This document shows, in pieces, positions 27,624 through 37,553 of a DNA stretch of 57,044 nt. The first letter of the stretch is position 1, and each line of letters starts with the position of its first letter. This DNA is from a virus (Duplodnaviria > Caudoviricetes), in the IMG/VR virus record IMGVR_UViG_3300028908_000011, positions 1 through 57,044 of that record; one strand, 5' to 3'. The position numbers were made by a program, and so were the translations under genes. Below the pieces are notes generated by a model. That model made no database searches, was not told where the DNA came from, and saw only the letters and a program-made list of their open reading frames with translations.

Positions 27624-28199
27624 TTATTTGAAGTCTATATTAACTATTTTGTCTTTTTTGATATCATATTTACAAACATATCTTGCTCTCTCCCAAGCTC
27701 CAAAAGCGTTTTGAAGCTGAATCGTATTACCTGAAAATACAACTATCGTGTTTTTTGTGTCTTTGTTTTTATATACAGTTGTTTTTGAATCGTCAAAAAT
27801 GCTTGTCTCTAACTCCGCAAAAAGCACTTTTCTTAGGTTCAATTTGTAATCAAATCTTGCGCCTTGCTTTACAAGACTTATAATCGTGTTAGCGCACTCC
27901 CATTTTGCGCTATTGATCTTACTGTTAAGCTTGTTGTCAAGCTCTTTTTTGAGTTGCTTTTTAGATTTTTTAACCTTGCATACTCTATCTATCTCTCTAT
28001 CTACTGCCAAATAAAAAGCCTTAACAGGTTCATCAGGCTTGTTTTCTTTGTATTCCAGTAGTCTCTCGCAATACTGAGCTTCCGACTCACCTTTTCTCTC
28101 GTGTATATTCTTAAAAGATTTGATATACTCCTCTGTTGTTGTTTCTCTTGCTTGTAAAGCTACTGCTAAAACCGCTATTGCTAAAATTGTCTTTTTCAT
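27624..28199 (-). CDS. Secreted hypothetical protein (moron)
   Basis: Signal peptide MKKTILAIAVLAVALQA; QNAFGAW..Y.C.YD C-terminal motif. Confidence 0.7.
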   Translation of the reverse strand: MKKTILAIAVLAVALQARETTTEEYIKSFKNIHERKGESEAQYCERLLEYKENKPDEPVKAFYLAVDREIDRVCKVKKSKKQLKKELDNKLNSKINSAKWECANTIISLVKQGARFDYKLNLRKVLFAELETSIFDDSKTTVYKNKDTKNTIVVFSGNTIQLQNAFGAWERARYVCKYDIKKDKIVNIDFK

Positions 28200-28202
28200 T
28201 TC

Positions 28203-28400
28203 TTAATTCTCCTTATTTACAAAATTAATTTCTATAAGCTTCTTACCCATTGCATCAGATATCCTCTGACGCTGGACACCTATGTTTATACCTTCTTTCA
28301 AACCTCTTTGAAATGCGTCTGTTTCTGTATATGATCTTCTTCCAGTCCTATACGCAAAAATCAAAGACGCATATATCGCAATAAAAAGCACTAGTTCCAT
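28203..28400 (-). CDS. Small TM protein
   Basis: Start MELVLF with GAGG RBS inside track ORF 28203-28505. Confidence 0.55.
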   Translation of the reverse strand: MELVLFIAIYASLIFAYRTGRRSYTETDAFQRGLKEGINIGVQRQRISDAMGKKLIEINFVNKEN

Positions 28401-28516
28401 ATTGCCTCTATGTGCTTTATATTTGATATATTTTTTGATGAATATATACCTATAACTTCGTTTGGAACTTCTTCCGTTGTTCCGTCTTTTAGGTAAACTT
28501 TCCAAATTTTAACCAT
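28391..28516 (-). CDS. 41-aa hypothetical protein (not in ORF track)
   Basis: MVKIWKVYLKDGTTEEVPNEV...; first ATG with AAGGA RBS after cassette copy 3. Confidence 0.55.
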   Translation of the reverse strand: MVKIWKVYLKDGTTEEVPNEVIGIYSSKNISNIKHIEAIWN

Positions 28517-28540
28517 CTTCTTAATCCTTGTTTGTTTTGG

Positions 28541-28558
28541 TAGGTTAATTATAACCTA
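28541..28558 (-). promoter_or_regulatory. Promoter/operator cassette copy 3
   Basis: TAGGTTAATTATAACCTA plus conserved flank. Confidence 0.85.
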
Positions 28559-28625
28559 TGCTAGGTAAGATTTAGCTTAAATTTGATAGTTTTTAAATGA
28601 TTTTTCTATTATATTTTAAATTTTG

Positions 28626-29246
28626 CTAGTTTTTGCAATCTACATCAGCTCGATCAAACTCGTCCGACGTTCCTCTGCATGATGTATAATTATTATCAGG
28701 ATGTCCGTTTATGCTATAGCTCCATTTAGTCCATATATCAAGAGGTATTTGTATATCTGCTGTTGTAGCTCTTATGGTTATATCCATTTGTGCCCTGTAC
28801 TCATATCTCCCTTTTACGATCTCATCAAGCCTTCTTATATTTCTGCTTCCAAAGGTATCGATATCTACTCCAAGCTTTCTGAATTGATCGCGTGTGCTTT
28901 GTGCCTGTAAGAATAAAGATAGATAGTTCATTGTTGTTATTGCTTCGTCATTGTCGCTGTATATATTTATAGATACATTCAACTCACTTATTTGACAGTA
29001 TTTTTCTATCGCTTTGCCACATTCTAAAAGATCATCATTAGATAACCTAAAAAGCTCGTTAGAGCCTGTTATGCAAAAAGTGCCGTGAAGAGCGTCAAGC
29101 CTGTCGATATTGTCTCTGACTTCGCTCTCGTTGCATCTATAAAAGATCAACTCCCTATCATAGTTTTTATAAAAAACTCTTTGATTGTCTTTATTGTTTA
29201 CTATCTTTCCAAAAGCCGTGTAAATGTCATCTGTGGTAACTGTCAT
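28626..29246 (-). CDS. Neck/tail terminator protein
   Basis: YEYRAQMDITI motif, position in neck cluster. Confidence 0.65.
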   Translation of the reverse strand: MTVTTDDIYTAFGKIVNNKDNQRVFYKNYDRELIFYRCNESEVRDNIDRLDALHGTFCITGSNELFRLSNDDLLECGKAIEKYCQISELNVSINIYSDNDEAITTMNYLSLFLQAQSTRDQFRKLGVDIDTFGSRNIRRLDEIVKGRYEYRAQMDITIRATTADIQIPLDIWTKWSYSINGHPDNNYTSCRGTSDEFDRADVDCKN

Positions 29247-29659
29247 TTTTCTACGTTCCTAACTAAATCTTCTTTATGTAGTCTTCCTTTATACAACTCG
29301 CAATATCCGATATAAATTGGTTTGCACCCTGTCTCTGTTCTTTTGTCAACAAAAGTGGTTATATAAAGTTTTCCGTCATTCTCAATAATGTCTCTTTGCG
29401 TTTCTTCGTTGTCTCCATGCTTTATCTCATCAAGGGAGTAAAATTTAGCGTTGTAGCTAAGTCTAAAACCGTCTTTATCCATGATAGTTCCGCCGTTTGG
29501 AAAAAATGCAATATTGATAGTTTTAACTTCTCTACCTGTTCCGATCCACTTCATTGTATCCCTATCATAATGCCCTCCGTTGGACCTATAGACTTTGTGC
29601 GGTTCGCTGTATCTGCATATGGTTTTTCGTATGCCTGAAAGATTTAGTTTGTGTCTCAT
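29243..29659 (-). CDS. Head closure/head-tail joining protein
   Basis: GGHYD...W, DIIENDGKLY; position. Confidence 0.6.
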   Translation of the reverse strand: MRHKLNLSGIRKTICRYSEPHKVYRSNGGHYDRDTMKWIGTGREVKTINIAFFPNGGTIMDKDGFRLSYNAKFYSLDEIKHGDNEETQRDIIENDGKLYITTFVDKRTETGCKPIYIGYCELYKGRLHKEDLVRNVEK

Positions 29660-29707
29660 AAAAAAGCTCTTTTTGTTTTATTATAGCTTTTTTATTCGAC
29701 AAGTGTT

Positions 29708-30097
29708 TTATATTATTTTTGCTATCTCAAATTTTTTATTTATTACAAAAAGAGTTATATTGTATTTTTTGCAAAGAATTTTTAGGCGCCCTATGTAGTG
29801 ATTATCTTTCCTAACTTCTTGAATTATTACTATAGCTGGCTTTTTGCCTGTCATGAGACTATAGTGAAGCGACTGACCTACGCTTTCAGCCCACTTTTTA
29901 GCGAAATCTACCTCTATGGCAAATTCTTCTGTTATGCAGTCAACTCTAGTTTTGTCTTTTAGTTCATACTCCATTACTCCATCGTATTTATTGCAAAACT
30001 TTTCTTGATATACGCTCTCGTAATGAAGATGTTTTGCGTGTAGTGAAGTCATCAGAATAGCGACAAATATCGCTATTCTTTTTATTTTACTTGCCAT
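29708..30097 (-). CDS. Signal-peptide-bearing PD-(D/E)XK-like fold protein
   Basis: Start MASKIKRIAIFVAILMTSLHA; TRVDC...AIEVD..KWAESVGQSLHY. Confidence 0.6.
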   Translation of the reverse strand: MASKIKRIAIFVAILMTSLHAKHLHYESVYQEKFCNKYDGVMEYELKDKTRVDCITEEFAIEVDFAKKWAESVGQSLHYSLMTGKKPAIVIIQEVRKDNHYIGRLKILCKKYNITLFVINKKFEIAKII

Positions 30098-30314
30098 GTT
30101 TTTTTCTCCATCTTTTACAAGAGCTTTTCTGATAACCTGAGCCGCCTTTGAGACACTCGCACGCCTCACCGTCTTTGTCTCTATCTAGCAGTTTGTAGCC
30201 TTTCTGTCTCTGCTCACAGTAGTTTTGTGCCTCTGACTGTATATTGAAGTCACTGCAAGACACCCTTGCGTAAATTGAAGTTGATAAAATAAGCAAAAAT
30301 GCTATTTTTCTCAT
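30087..30314 (-). CDS. Secreted Excalibur calcium-binding domain protein
   Basis: Signal peptide; SCSDF....EAQ...LDRDKDGEACE. Confidence 0.85.
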   Translation of the reverse strand: MRKIAFLLILSTSIYARVSCSDFNIQSEAQNYCEQRQKGYKLLDRDKDGEACECLKGGSGYQKSSCKRWRKKHGK

Positions 30315-30342
30315 GATGATCTCCTTGTTTAAATTTTATTGG

Positions 30343-30360
30343 TAGGTTAATTATAACCTA
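30343..30360 (-). promoter_or_regulatory. Promoter/operator cassette copy 4
   Basis: TAGGTTAATTATAACCTA plus conserved flank. Confidence 0.85.
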
Positions 30361-30461
30361 TGTTAGATAATATTTTACTTAATTTTGATAGTTTTTTAGT
30401 AGTTTTTCTATTATATTTATGGTGTTTTTGCTATTCCTAAATTCAGTTGTCAAGAAATACT

Positions 30462-30902
30462 TTACTCCTCAACAGCATAATCTATCGAACTTCTCATAAG
30501 TCCGGTATCTATCAAAGGGTTTGACGATCCTTTTTTCAGTACTGTACTTTTTGCGTTTCTCGGATGTCTAAGCTCGACTATTGTTTTTTGTATATCCTGC
30601 TTAACTTTTTGACCCAGCATTTCAAAGGCTTTTTCTTTATTGTACTTCCCTGCTACGATACCTTTTGCCATTGCTTCCAAAGTGTCTTTGTAATTTTTGT
30701 TTGAAAATAAAGTAGCTCTCATAAATGGTCTCTCTGGACTCTTCTTTGTGCCAAATTCGTTCCAAAACCCAACTAAGGGTATAGATGTACCATCTGGATA
30801 GTGACCGCCTAATAAGCCAACTTTTAGCGTCTTACCGCTTCCAAGCGCTGACTTTATTTCAGCGATCTTTTTTATAGCGCTTCCTTTTCTTTTCATGATC
30901 AA
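30462..30902 (-). CDS. Neck/tail completion protein (HK97 gp10-like)
   Basis: WNEFGT..SPERPFMR, NAKSTV.KKGSSNPLIDTG.MRSSI. Confidence 0.82.
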   Translation of the reverse strand: MIMKRKGSAIKKIAEIKSALGSGKTLKVGLLGGHYPDGTSIPLVGFWNEFGTKKSPERPFMRATLFSNKNYKDTLEAMAKGIVAGKYNKEKAFEMLGQKVKQDIQKTIVELRHPRNAKSTVLKKGSSNPLIDTGLMRSSIDYAVEE

Positions 30903-31327
30903 ACCAAGTGATACTTAAAATCAGTTACAGAATACATGTTATTGCAACTTGCATCATCTTCTATAAGATTTGCATCTACGTTAAAAGAGCTTTTTATCCT
31001 GCAATTAGGTATTAAAAGATAATCCCTATGGTATATATTTAGCGGTATAACTCCGTTTATAGGATCCAGCCTAAAAGTGTTGTTTACGTCGTCTATCTTT
31101 TCAGAAATAACCACTCTGGGATCTGTATCACATGACATACGTTTTTCGTTTTCCGTACAAATATGAAGCGTATAGAGTGATAAAGCTTTTAGATAGTTGA
31201 ACTCACTGTATCCCTCTTTGCATACCTCGTTATCTGCTATATAGAAACAACTTTTCAGATCTTCGTCTGCTTTCTCTTTTGCTTCTTTGTAGTAGCTTCT
31301 TATAAACTCTATAACTTTTTCTTCCAT
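30899..31327 (-). CDS. Head-tail adaptor (DUF4054-like)
   Basis: KALSLYTLH, VISEKIDDV patterns and position. Confidence 0.6.
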   Translation of the reverse strand: MEEKVIEFIRSYYKEAKEKADEDLKSCFYIADNEVCKEGYSEFNYLKALSLYTLHICTENEKRMSCDTDPRVVISEKIDDVNNTFRLDPINGVIPLNIYHRDYLLIPNCRIKSSFNVDANLIEDDASCNNMYSVTDFKYHLV

Positions 31328-31329
31328 AC

Positions 31330-32043
31330 TTAAGCCTTGCTATCCAGTCTTACCCATGTTAAATAAGATTTTGCCTTGTCATTTGAAATAAGATCAAGTC
31401 TCACACCTGTTAATCGTCTTGCTTTCAGATATACCGTTGTATTGTCGTCCGTGATTTGAATAAGAGCTGTTATAGGACAAGTGCCATATTTTGCGTTTCC
31501 AAACAAGACTTTTGCATTTTCTTTAACTTTTCCATCGTGTTCAAAGTATGCCTCTCCAAGAGAATCAACGTCACCGCTAAATCTAATAAAGCCTGTAATG
31601 AGATAAGTACCTTTATCAAGTGCGAAACTTGCGAAATTTGTCTCTGTAGGTTTCAGCATGCAACTCTTTAGGTCTATAGCTGTTGTCTCTCCGGTAATGC
31701 GATCAAGATCTTTTACTTTATCAAGCTCCCTTCTAAGACTGTCTATATTTGCGACACTTTCGCCGTCACCGGTTAAAACATCTTCGACTTTTACGATATC
31801 GTACCCGTCTTTTTTATCGACTTTGTTGTTTTGAAGATCAGTTACATCTGATTCAAGCGCGTCAAGCCTCTGCTTAATAGCCAAAATCTCGTTATCTATA
31901 GCGGCTATGTCGTCTCTATTGTCTTTTATTCTGCTATCGTGTAGCTGTAGATTTGTTTCAAGTGCTGTTACTCTGTTTTGGAGTTTTAGTATCTCGTTTT
32001 CTAAGCTTGCGTAGTCCGGATCCGGTACTGGATAATTAGCCAT
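31330..32043 (-). CDS. Virion fibre-like protein (coiled coil plus C1q/TNF-like beta domain)
   Basis: RVTALE/RLDALE trimer coiled-coil motifs; KGTYLITGFIRF. Confidence 0.55.
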   Translation of the reverse strand: MANYPVPDPDYASLENEILKLQNRVTALETNLQLHDSRIKDNRDDIAAIDNEILAIKQRLDALESDVTDLQNNKVDKKDGYDIVKVEDVLTGDGESVANIDSLRRELDKVKDLDRITGETTAIDLKSCMLKPTETNFASFALDKGTYLITGFIRFSGDVDSLGEAYFEHDGKVKENAKVLFGNAKYGTCPITALIQITDDNTTVYLKARRLTGVRLDLISNDKAKSYLTWVRLDSKA

Positions 32044-32102
32044 AATCTACCCTCTTTTTTGGTAGATTATAGCTTTTTTTAAAAGTTTCGTATTTTGTAG
32101 CC

Positions 32103-34847
32103 CTACTTTTCGTATGCTATTACTGTATAGGCGCCGTATGTGTTATATACGTTTGCGTGGTACTCTCTTACATATAGCTTCCGTGTATTTTTATCGTATT
32201 TTACCTCAAACCTGTATTCTACATAGTTATTTGAAGATGGGTTCGGTAACATTCTAATAAGCATCCCCCATGATGTAAATAACTCTAGGTCTGCAACTGA
32301 TATTGTCAATGTTAATCTTCTTCCGGTTAAAACCTTTTCAGCTCTTCTATCTATTCCAGTGAATTCGATGTAATTTGCCCAAGTTGGTATAGTTACATCT
32401 GTTCCGCTGTTCTTTTTATCACATATAATCTCTCTTCGTCTTGCGCTCTTTGTGTGTGAGCTCAGTATCTTAACTCCACTCGCTGTCATAAAGATGGTAT
32501 AGGATTCACCTGCTTTGATTCCAAGAGATGAAGCCCCGTCAATGGTTGCACCGTTAGCCGTAACAACTGTTATAGTGTTGTTGTCGTTTGTAGATACATT
32601 TTTAATCGTTACTGGGATAGCTCCTGCTGTATCTGGAATGGTTATTGTAATATCACTTCCTGTTGTCATAGCCATTAGGAACTTATCGTTTCCATAGTTA
32701 ATAGTATGATCGGTGGTTGTTATATTTGCAAAAAACGACTCTCCCATTTTTGAAATTGTTAGCCAAGCCGTACCTGTACTAAATAAAACTACTCTATCTC
32801 CTGCTCCAATCAGTCTTGAGTTGTTTGATGAACCCTGCTCATAGGAATCATAATGAACGCCTGCTCCGGATTTAGCCGCGACTAAGTGCATTACGATAAT
32901 AGATCCTTTAGCGGTTGACGGGTCTGGTAGCGTATAATTCAGCGAGTTACCGTCGCTTGTATTAAATCTGTAATATGTATCAGGTTTTAAAGTAGATCCA
33001 CTCGGCGGGTTATCTAAAACATCATGAGCTACAAATGGATCGTCTCTAAGTTTCTCTACGATCATTCTGTTGTCGTCTCTAACAGTTAGCTTAAATACCG
33101 CTACATCAGGGTAGTAAACATCTATTTTCTGAATAGTTCCACCTACACTATCTACAAATAGGTTGCCCGTAAAGTCCAAAGTAACTTTTTTGCTATCGGT
33201 TGAATTTTGTGCGATACCCGATGCTGTTACAATCAACAAGCAATCGGTACCTACCTGCATATCCGCTTCTTTGTTTATAACTGTTGTTTTTTCTCCGTTA
33301 TAAACTGCATTGTAAGCCGTGTGAAGATCTGAAAATGTAATAGTATCAGGCATAGGTAGCACATCAATCTTGTTTTTATTTTGGTAAGATGCTGTAGAGC
33401 CACTACCCCAAAACTCTTTTATAATCACATTGTTTTCAGCATCTACAACCGCCTCATAGATTTTTCTTTCTCCGTCTTTTAATACAGTCAAAGGCATTGG
33501 TTCGCCGTTGTTTGTAAAAATACCCTGTGCAAATGTAATGTTTACGTCTTTACCTGTATTGTTTACTTTGTTGTCAAGATCGATCAAAAATGTAGCGCCT
33601 GGCTTAAGTCCTGCATATGGTTTAATAACAACTGATGTCCTGTCTCTATTTACCCATCTTAAGTGCTTAGCCCCGTCATAGATTAGGTCAACTTCTTGTA
33701 GGTTATCCATAAGTAGCGGATCTGTGGAGTTCTGATAACATTGACCTCCAAATGTTTCGACATCGCCGCTCTCGTTCCTGATCTTGAAGCCGCCCGATCT
33801 CTCTACAAACACAAGATCAGTTCTCTTTATATCTTCGGGAACTATGTCAAGCTTTCTTTTTATAGTCGTAAATCTTACATCATCCATCCAAAGTTTTCTG
33901 ATATAAAGCAGTTTCCCTTTGTTTGATGTAAGGACGTAAATAACTCTTTCGTGCTTAGGGACGGTAACACTTGCAATAAGCTCGTTGTTTGTCGTATATA
34001 CTCTATCGTTTAGTAGATTTACCTGTAGGTCGTTATTATTGTTTTTATTGTAAAAATCTAATATAAACTCTGTTCCGGTATCGATATCGTCTCCAATATC
34101 TAGGTTTGTAATGCTTATGTTCGTTGTGAACATCGCTATAAATGTGCCTGACTTGTTGTTTAGCGCTATATTTGTTGCATTGTTATAAGTAATTGCTTTT
34201 TTAGCTCCTTGATAGGAGTGTCCACCAAACGGGTAAACGTTACCGTCTTCGTGCTTTCTAAGAAAACCGCCCCACTCCAATACATATATCAAAGAGTTTG
34301 TTTTATATGTTGACTTATTGTTTTCAGCGTCTTGATATGTGTTTACAGCATAAAGAGATCCGCCTGATGAGCTTCCGGAAACCGGTAGCATCTTTGCTAT
34401 CTCTGCTTTGGTTAGAGATCCGCTTGATGTCGTGTTTGCATCATAGTGAGCTATATATATCTTGTTGGGCTCTATCTTTGTTCCGTCTTTAAAAGTCGCT
34501 GTCGTCAAAGTTGTCTTAAATGAAAACAGATCATCTTTTGAGTATCCCGTGTTTGCCTTCCACTTTTCGGCGTCATCATTACCGCCGCTTGATCCAACTT
34601 CTATAATGTTGTCGTTATCGTCTTTGAAATACAGTTTATCGTTCACTCTAAAGATATCGTTTTTATCAGTAAAGTCGCTTACCGTTGGTTTAGTTGCTTT
34701 GTCTTTTATATTGTCAAAGTTAACAATCTTATCCTTTTCAGCATAATCACTTAAATCGGCGTTTCCTCCTGTAGCGCTATTACCTATAAGGTCTTCAAGT
34801 TCACTTCTAAGATCCTTTATTTCTACTTCGTTTACATCATAATTCAT
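32103..34847 (-). CDS. Large virion structural protein (head fibre/decoration candidate)
   Basis: 914 aa beta-rich with internal repeats (GGF...FGGxxYQ twice); between capsid and adaptor genes. Confidence 0.6.
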   Translation of the reverse strand: MNYDVNEVEIKDLRSELEDLIGNSATGGNADLSDYAEKDKIVNFDNIKDKATKPTVSDFTDKNDIFRVNDKLYFKDDNDNIIEVGSSGGNDDAEKWKANTGYSKDDLFSFKTTLTTATFKDGTKIEPNKIYIAHYDANTTSSGSLTKAEIAKMLPVSGSSSGGSLYAVNTYQDAENNKSTYKTNSLIYVLEWGGFLRKHEDGNVYPFGGHSYQGAKKAITYNNATNIALNNKSGTFIAMFTTNISITNLDIGDDIDTGTEFILDFYNKNNNNDLQVNLLNDRVYTTNNELIASVTVPKHERVIYVLTSNKGKLLYIRKLWMDDVRFTTIKRKLDIVPEDIKRTDLVFVERSGGFKIRNESGDVETFGGQCYQNSTDPLLMDNLQEVDLIYDGAKHLRWVNRDRTSVVIKPYAGLKPGATFLIDLDNKVNNTGKDVNITFAQGIFTNNGEPMPLTVLKDGERKIYEAVVDAENNVIIKEFWGSGSTASYQNKNKIDVLPMPDTITFSDLHTAYNAVYNGEKTTVINKEADMQVGTDCLLIVTASGIAQNSTDSKKVTLDFTGNLFVDSVGGTIQKIDVYYPDVAVFKLTVRDDNRMIVEKLRDDPFVAHDVLDNPPSGSTLKPDTYYRFNTSDGNSLNYTLPDPSTAKGSIIVMHLVAAKSGAGVHYDSYEQGSSNNSRLIGAGDRVVLFSTGTAWLTISKMGESFFANITTTDHTINYGNDKFLMAMTTGSDITITIPDTAGAIPVTIKNVSTNDNNTITVVTANGATIDGASSLGIKAGESYTIFMTASGVKILSSHTKSARRREIICDKKNSGTDVTIPTWANYIEFTGIDRRAEKVLTGRRLTLTISVADLELFTSWGMLIRMLPNPSSNNYVEYRFEVKYDKNTRKLYVREYHANVYNTYGAYTVIAYEK

Positions 34848-34851
34848 TTTT

Positions 34852-35217
34852 TTAACTCCTTCTACTCACAATAGTAACTATTGCCTCTTTTCCAAAAACA
34901 AATGCACTCTCACTTGTTGTAAAAGTATATAGATAAACTCCACCACTTGTAAGGTTATGCCCAAATTTTGCGTTATCCGGGCTTTCACTTGAAGATTTTA
35001 TTTTAAGCCCTGCACCATCTACAGCTAAAACGTCATAAGACACAACGTTTTCAAAAGGTATATCTATATTTACAAAACTGTGTTGTTTCTCTCCTGATGG
35101 AAACTGTCCCGTGAAAACACTTATTTCAAATTCGTTGTTATTGTATGTTACCGGCTTTAGTTCTTCCGGTTCCATAGGGAGCTTTATATCTTTTTCGTTT
35201 ACATCAAAATTTGCCAT
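34852..35217 (-). CDS. Structural protein candidate
   Basis: Shares N-terminal N(Y/F)D(V/I)NE motif with neighbours. Confidence 0.6.
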   Translation of the reverse strand: MANFDVNEKDIKLPMEPEELKPVTYNNNEFEISVFTGQFPSGEKQHSFVNIDIPFENVVSYDVLAVDGAGLKIKSSSESPDNAKFGHNLTSGGVYLYTFTTSESAFVFGKEAIVTIVSRRS

Positions 35218-35218
35218 G

Positions 35219-36793
35219 TTAATCCTCTATCAAAAATGGTTTTTCTTTTGTATATATCATATAACCCCGCTTTTCCGTAATTATATGATCGTACTTATTA
35301 CCTGCATCAACAAACACTCTTAGATTTGAAATAAGTGAAAATCCTGAATACCCGTCGGCACTTCCTAGCAATCTATCAAACTTGCTTTGAAAGTCTCCTC
35401 CTATCATAGTTTTTTCTCCTATCTTCGCGCCGTTTATAAGCAACATTGTCTTTTTATTATTGTTGTCATAGGAAACCACAAAATGCGTCCATTTGTGCTT
35501 GATATCACCTCTTGTAACTCCTGATGGTAGCGTAAAATCTACATCGTTACCCTGGAATCCGACGTGAAAAGTATTTGCGTTTTTAAAACCTATTTTTAAG
35601 GTGGTGTTGTTACTGTTTGCTATGCTGTTACCTATAAAATATCCTATGTCTTCACTTACATTTATCCAGAATGAAAAAGCGAAAGACTTAAATGCTAAAT
35701 CTATGCCGTTATGCGACACATTAAAATAAGTTCCGCACCCGTAACTGTTTCCATCTATACCGCACCCGCCTCTTATGATGTCGTAAATACTGTTTTCCGG
35801 CGTCAATCTCTGTCTAAAAGAAGTTGAGCCGCTTCCTTTTCTTCTAATGTAGTTAGTAGTAAATAGATTCGCGCGACCGCCATTATTGATTATTCCGAAA
35901 GGATCAACTACTCTATGTAGTTTTCTTGCTTTCTCGTATAGATATGAGCCTGTTATATTCCAAGCATTTTTAGCACCTATGAAAGTAAACTCTAAAGCCG
36001 AACTGTTTGTAAACATTTCTATTTTAGAACTTGTACTTCCTCCTGTATCTATTGCATGCCCGTTTCCTTCGATTTCAATATTGTATATATTTCCTTCAAC
36101 TTTTGCTATGACTCTATCTCCGTCTTTAGGGCTTGTAGGTAAATATAGTTTTACATTGTCCGTCATGGCGGATAAGACAACAAAGCTATTAGGGTTGCAC
36201 CCCTCCGTTGTGCTGTCTATCTTTTTGTATGTCAGAGATGTGTCCGATGTACCTGATGCAAGATCGGATAGATCAACTCCTATAGTGCTGTTATCGGATA
36301 GTTTTAGATTAAGCTTCTTTGTAGAGCTATCGTAAGTCCCCGAGCTTAGCTTTACATCTTTTGCAAGCTCGGTCATATCTACTGCAACAATACTATTATC
36401 GGATAGTTTTAGATTTAGCTTCTTTGTAGATGTATCGTAAGTGCCTGAGCTTAGCTTTACATCTTTCGTCAACTCGCTTAGGTCTATCTCTACAGTGCTG
36501 TTATCTGATAGCGTTAGCTTCAGCTTCTTCGCCGTTTTGTCATACGTCCCCGAATCAAGCTTTACGTCTTTGTTGAGCGCACTAAGGTCAGCTTTGATCT
36601 TTTTCCCGCTGTCTAATGTTAATTCCAGCTCTTTGGTCGTGCCGTTGTAGGTAGCGGTTTTTAAAGGATCTCCGCCTGTAGCGTTGTTATTTGAGCTATC
36701 GGATTCTAAGCAATCTCCAAAGTTTCTTATGCACTTAGACACACCGTCCTTTATAACGTCAAACTTTTGTTCGTTGATATCATAGTTAGCCAT
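35219..36793 (-). CDS. Virion structural protein with 35-aa repeats and C-terminal LamG-like domain
   Basis: DVKLSSGTYD..TKKLNLKLSDNS repeats; FAFSFWIN...KWTHFVVSYD...LLING. Confidence 0.7.
   Translation of the reverse strand: MANYDINEQKFDVIKDGVSKCIRNFGDCLESDSSNNNATGGDPLKTATYNGTTKELELTLDSGKKIKADLSALNKDVKLDSGTYDKTAKKLKLTLSDNSTVEIDLSELTKDVKLSSGTYDTSTKKLNLKLSDNSIVAVDMTELAKDVKLSSGTYDSSTKKLNLKLSDNSTIGVDLSDLASGTSDTSLTYKKIDSTTEGCNPNSFVVLSAMTDNVKLYLPTSPKDGDRVIAKVEGNIYNIEIEGNGHAIDTGGSTSSKIEMFTNSSALEFTFIGAKNAWNITGSYLYEKARKLHRVVDPFGIINNGGRANLFTTNYIRRKGSGSTSFRQRLTPENSIYDIIRGGCGIDGNSYGCGTYFNVSHNGIDLAFKSFAFSFWINVSEDIGYFIGNSIANSNNTTLKIGFKNANTFHVGFQGNDVDFTLPSGVTRGDIKHKWTHFVVSYDNNNKKTMLLINGAKIGEKTMIGGDFQSKFDRLLGSADGYSGFSLISNLRVFVDAGNKYDHIITEKRGYMIYTKEKPFLIED
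36254..36670 (-). repeat. Four tandem ~105-bp coding repeats
   Basis: Three near-identical 35-aa units plus one diverged unit. Confidence 0.85.
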
Positions 36794-37320
36794 TATTCAA
36801 CTCCACTATCTTTTCTACGTCTTCTTCTTTTTGGTTTTTGAGCTTCGTTGTTTGCTTTTATAGCCTCTTTTTGTTCTTCCTTAGTTCCGATATCGTTAAC
36901 TTTGCTTTCGTCGCTTAAAAGCTTATTTTGTAGCTCTATAAGGGTATCTATATCCTCATCTCCTTTTAGCTCTACTCCGCCGCTTCTAAGATTTTCTTCA
37001 ATGTGTTGATACTCTTCTTTTCTGGCTTTTAGTCTTCCAATTAAGAACTCTTTATCTGTATTTTCTGAATATGGGATTTTATACTTTTCGAGATCAGCTT
37101 TGACATCATCTGGGATATCTAAGATTTTATTTATCTCTCTCTCTTTTTCTGCTACTCCGCTGGTAGCAATAATTTCAGCATCTACCAATCTTTTAAATAC
37201 CGGTAACTCTGCATAAAAATCAGGTATGTCTGTAGCCTCTCCTTGATATAGGGTTACGCTTTGTCTTTTCTTTGCATGTAGAATAACTAATGGTTGTCTT
37301 TGTCTTGATACAACTAACAT
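36793..37320 (-). CDS. Hypothetical protein following major capsid gene
   Basis: 175 aa, basic C-terminus KPKRRRRRK. Confidence 0.65.
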   Translation of the reverse strand: MLVVSRQRQPLVILHAKKRQSVTLYQGEATDIPDFYAELPVFKRLVDAEIIATSGVAEKEREINKILDIPDDVKADLEKYKIPYSENTDKEFLIGRLKARKEEYQHIEENLRSGGVELKGDEDIDTLIELQNKLLSDESKVNDIGTKEEQKEAIKANNEAQKPKRRRRRKDSGVE

Positions 37321-37384
37321 TTTTTTCCTTTTTTGTTTTAGTTAGTTGTATTTTATATTTTTAATTGGAGTATGTTTTTTAAAG

Positions 37385-37416
37385 TAGAAAACCGCCCTTT
37401 GTGAAAGGCGGTTCTA
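37385..37416 (-). terminator. Intrinsic terminator downstream of major capsid gene
   Basis: ACCGCCTTT-CAC-AAAGGGCGGT followed by TTTCTACTTT on minus strand. Confidence 0.6.
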
Positions 37417-37553
37417 GGATTTGCATGAAAGTTTGCAAAAAGGTTTTCTAGTCTCGAAATTACCTCATGGGCACAAAGCCCATGAAAAAACACCATGTGT
37501 GTCGGTTCTAGGTCTTTATTGTAGTATTTTTAACCTTTATTTGCTATTAAATT

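Noticed and set aside
30441-30456. boxA-like TTCTTGACAACTGAAT on the minus strand
   Set aside because: Single copy, weak resemblance, and could equally be a -35 element
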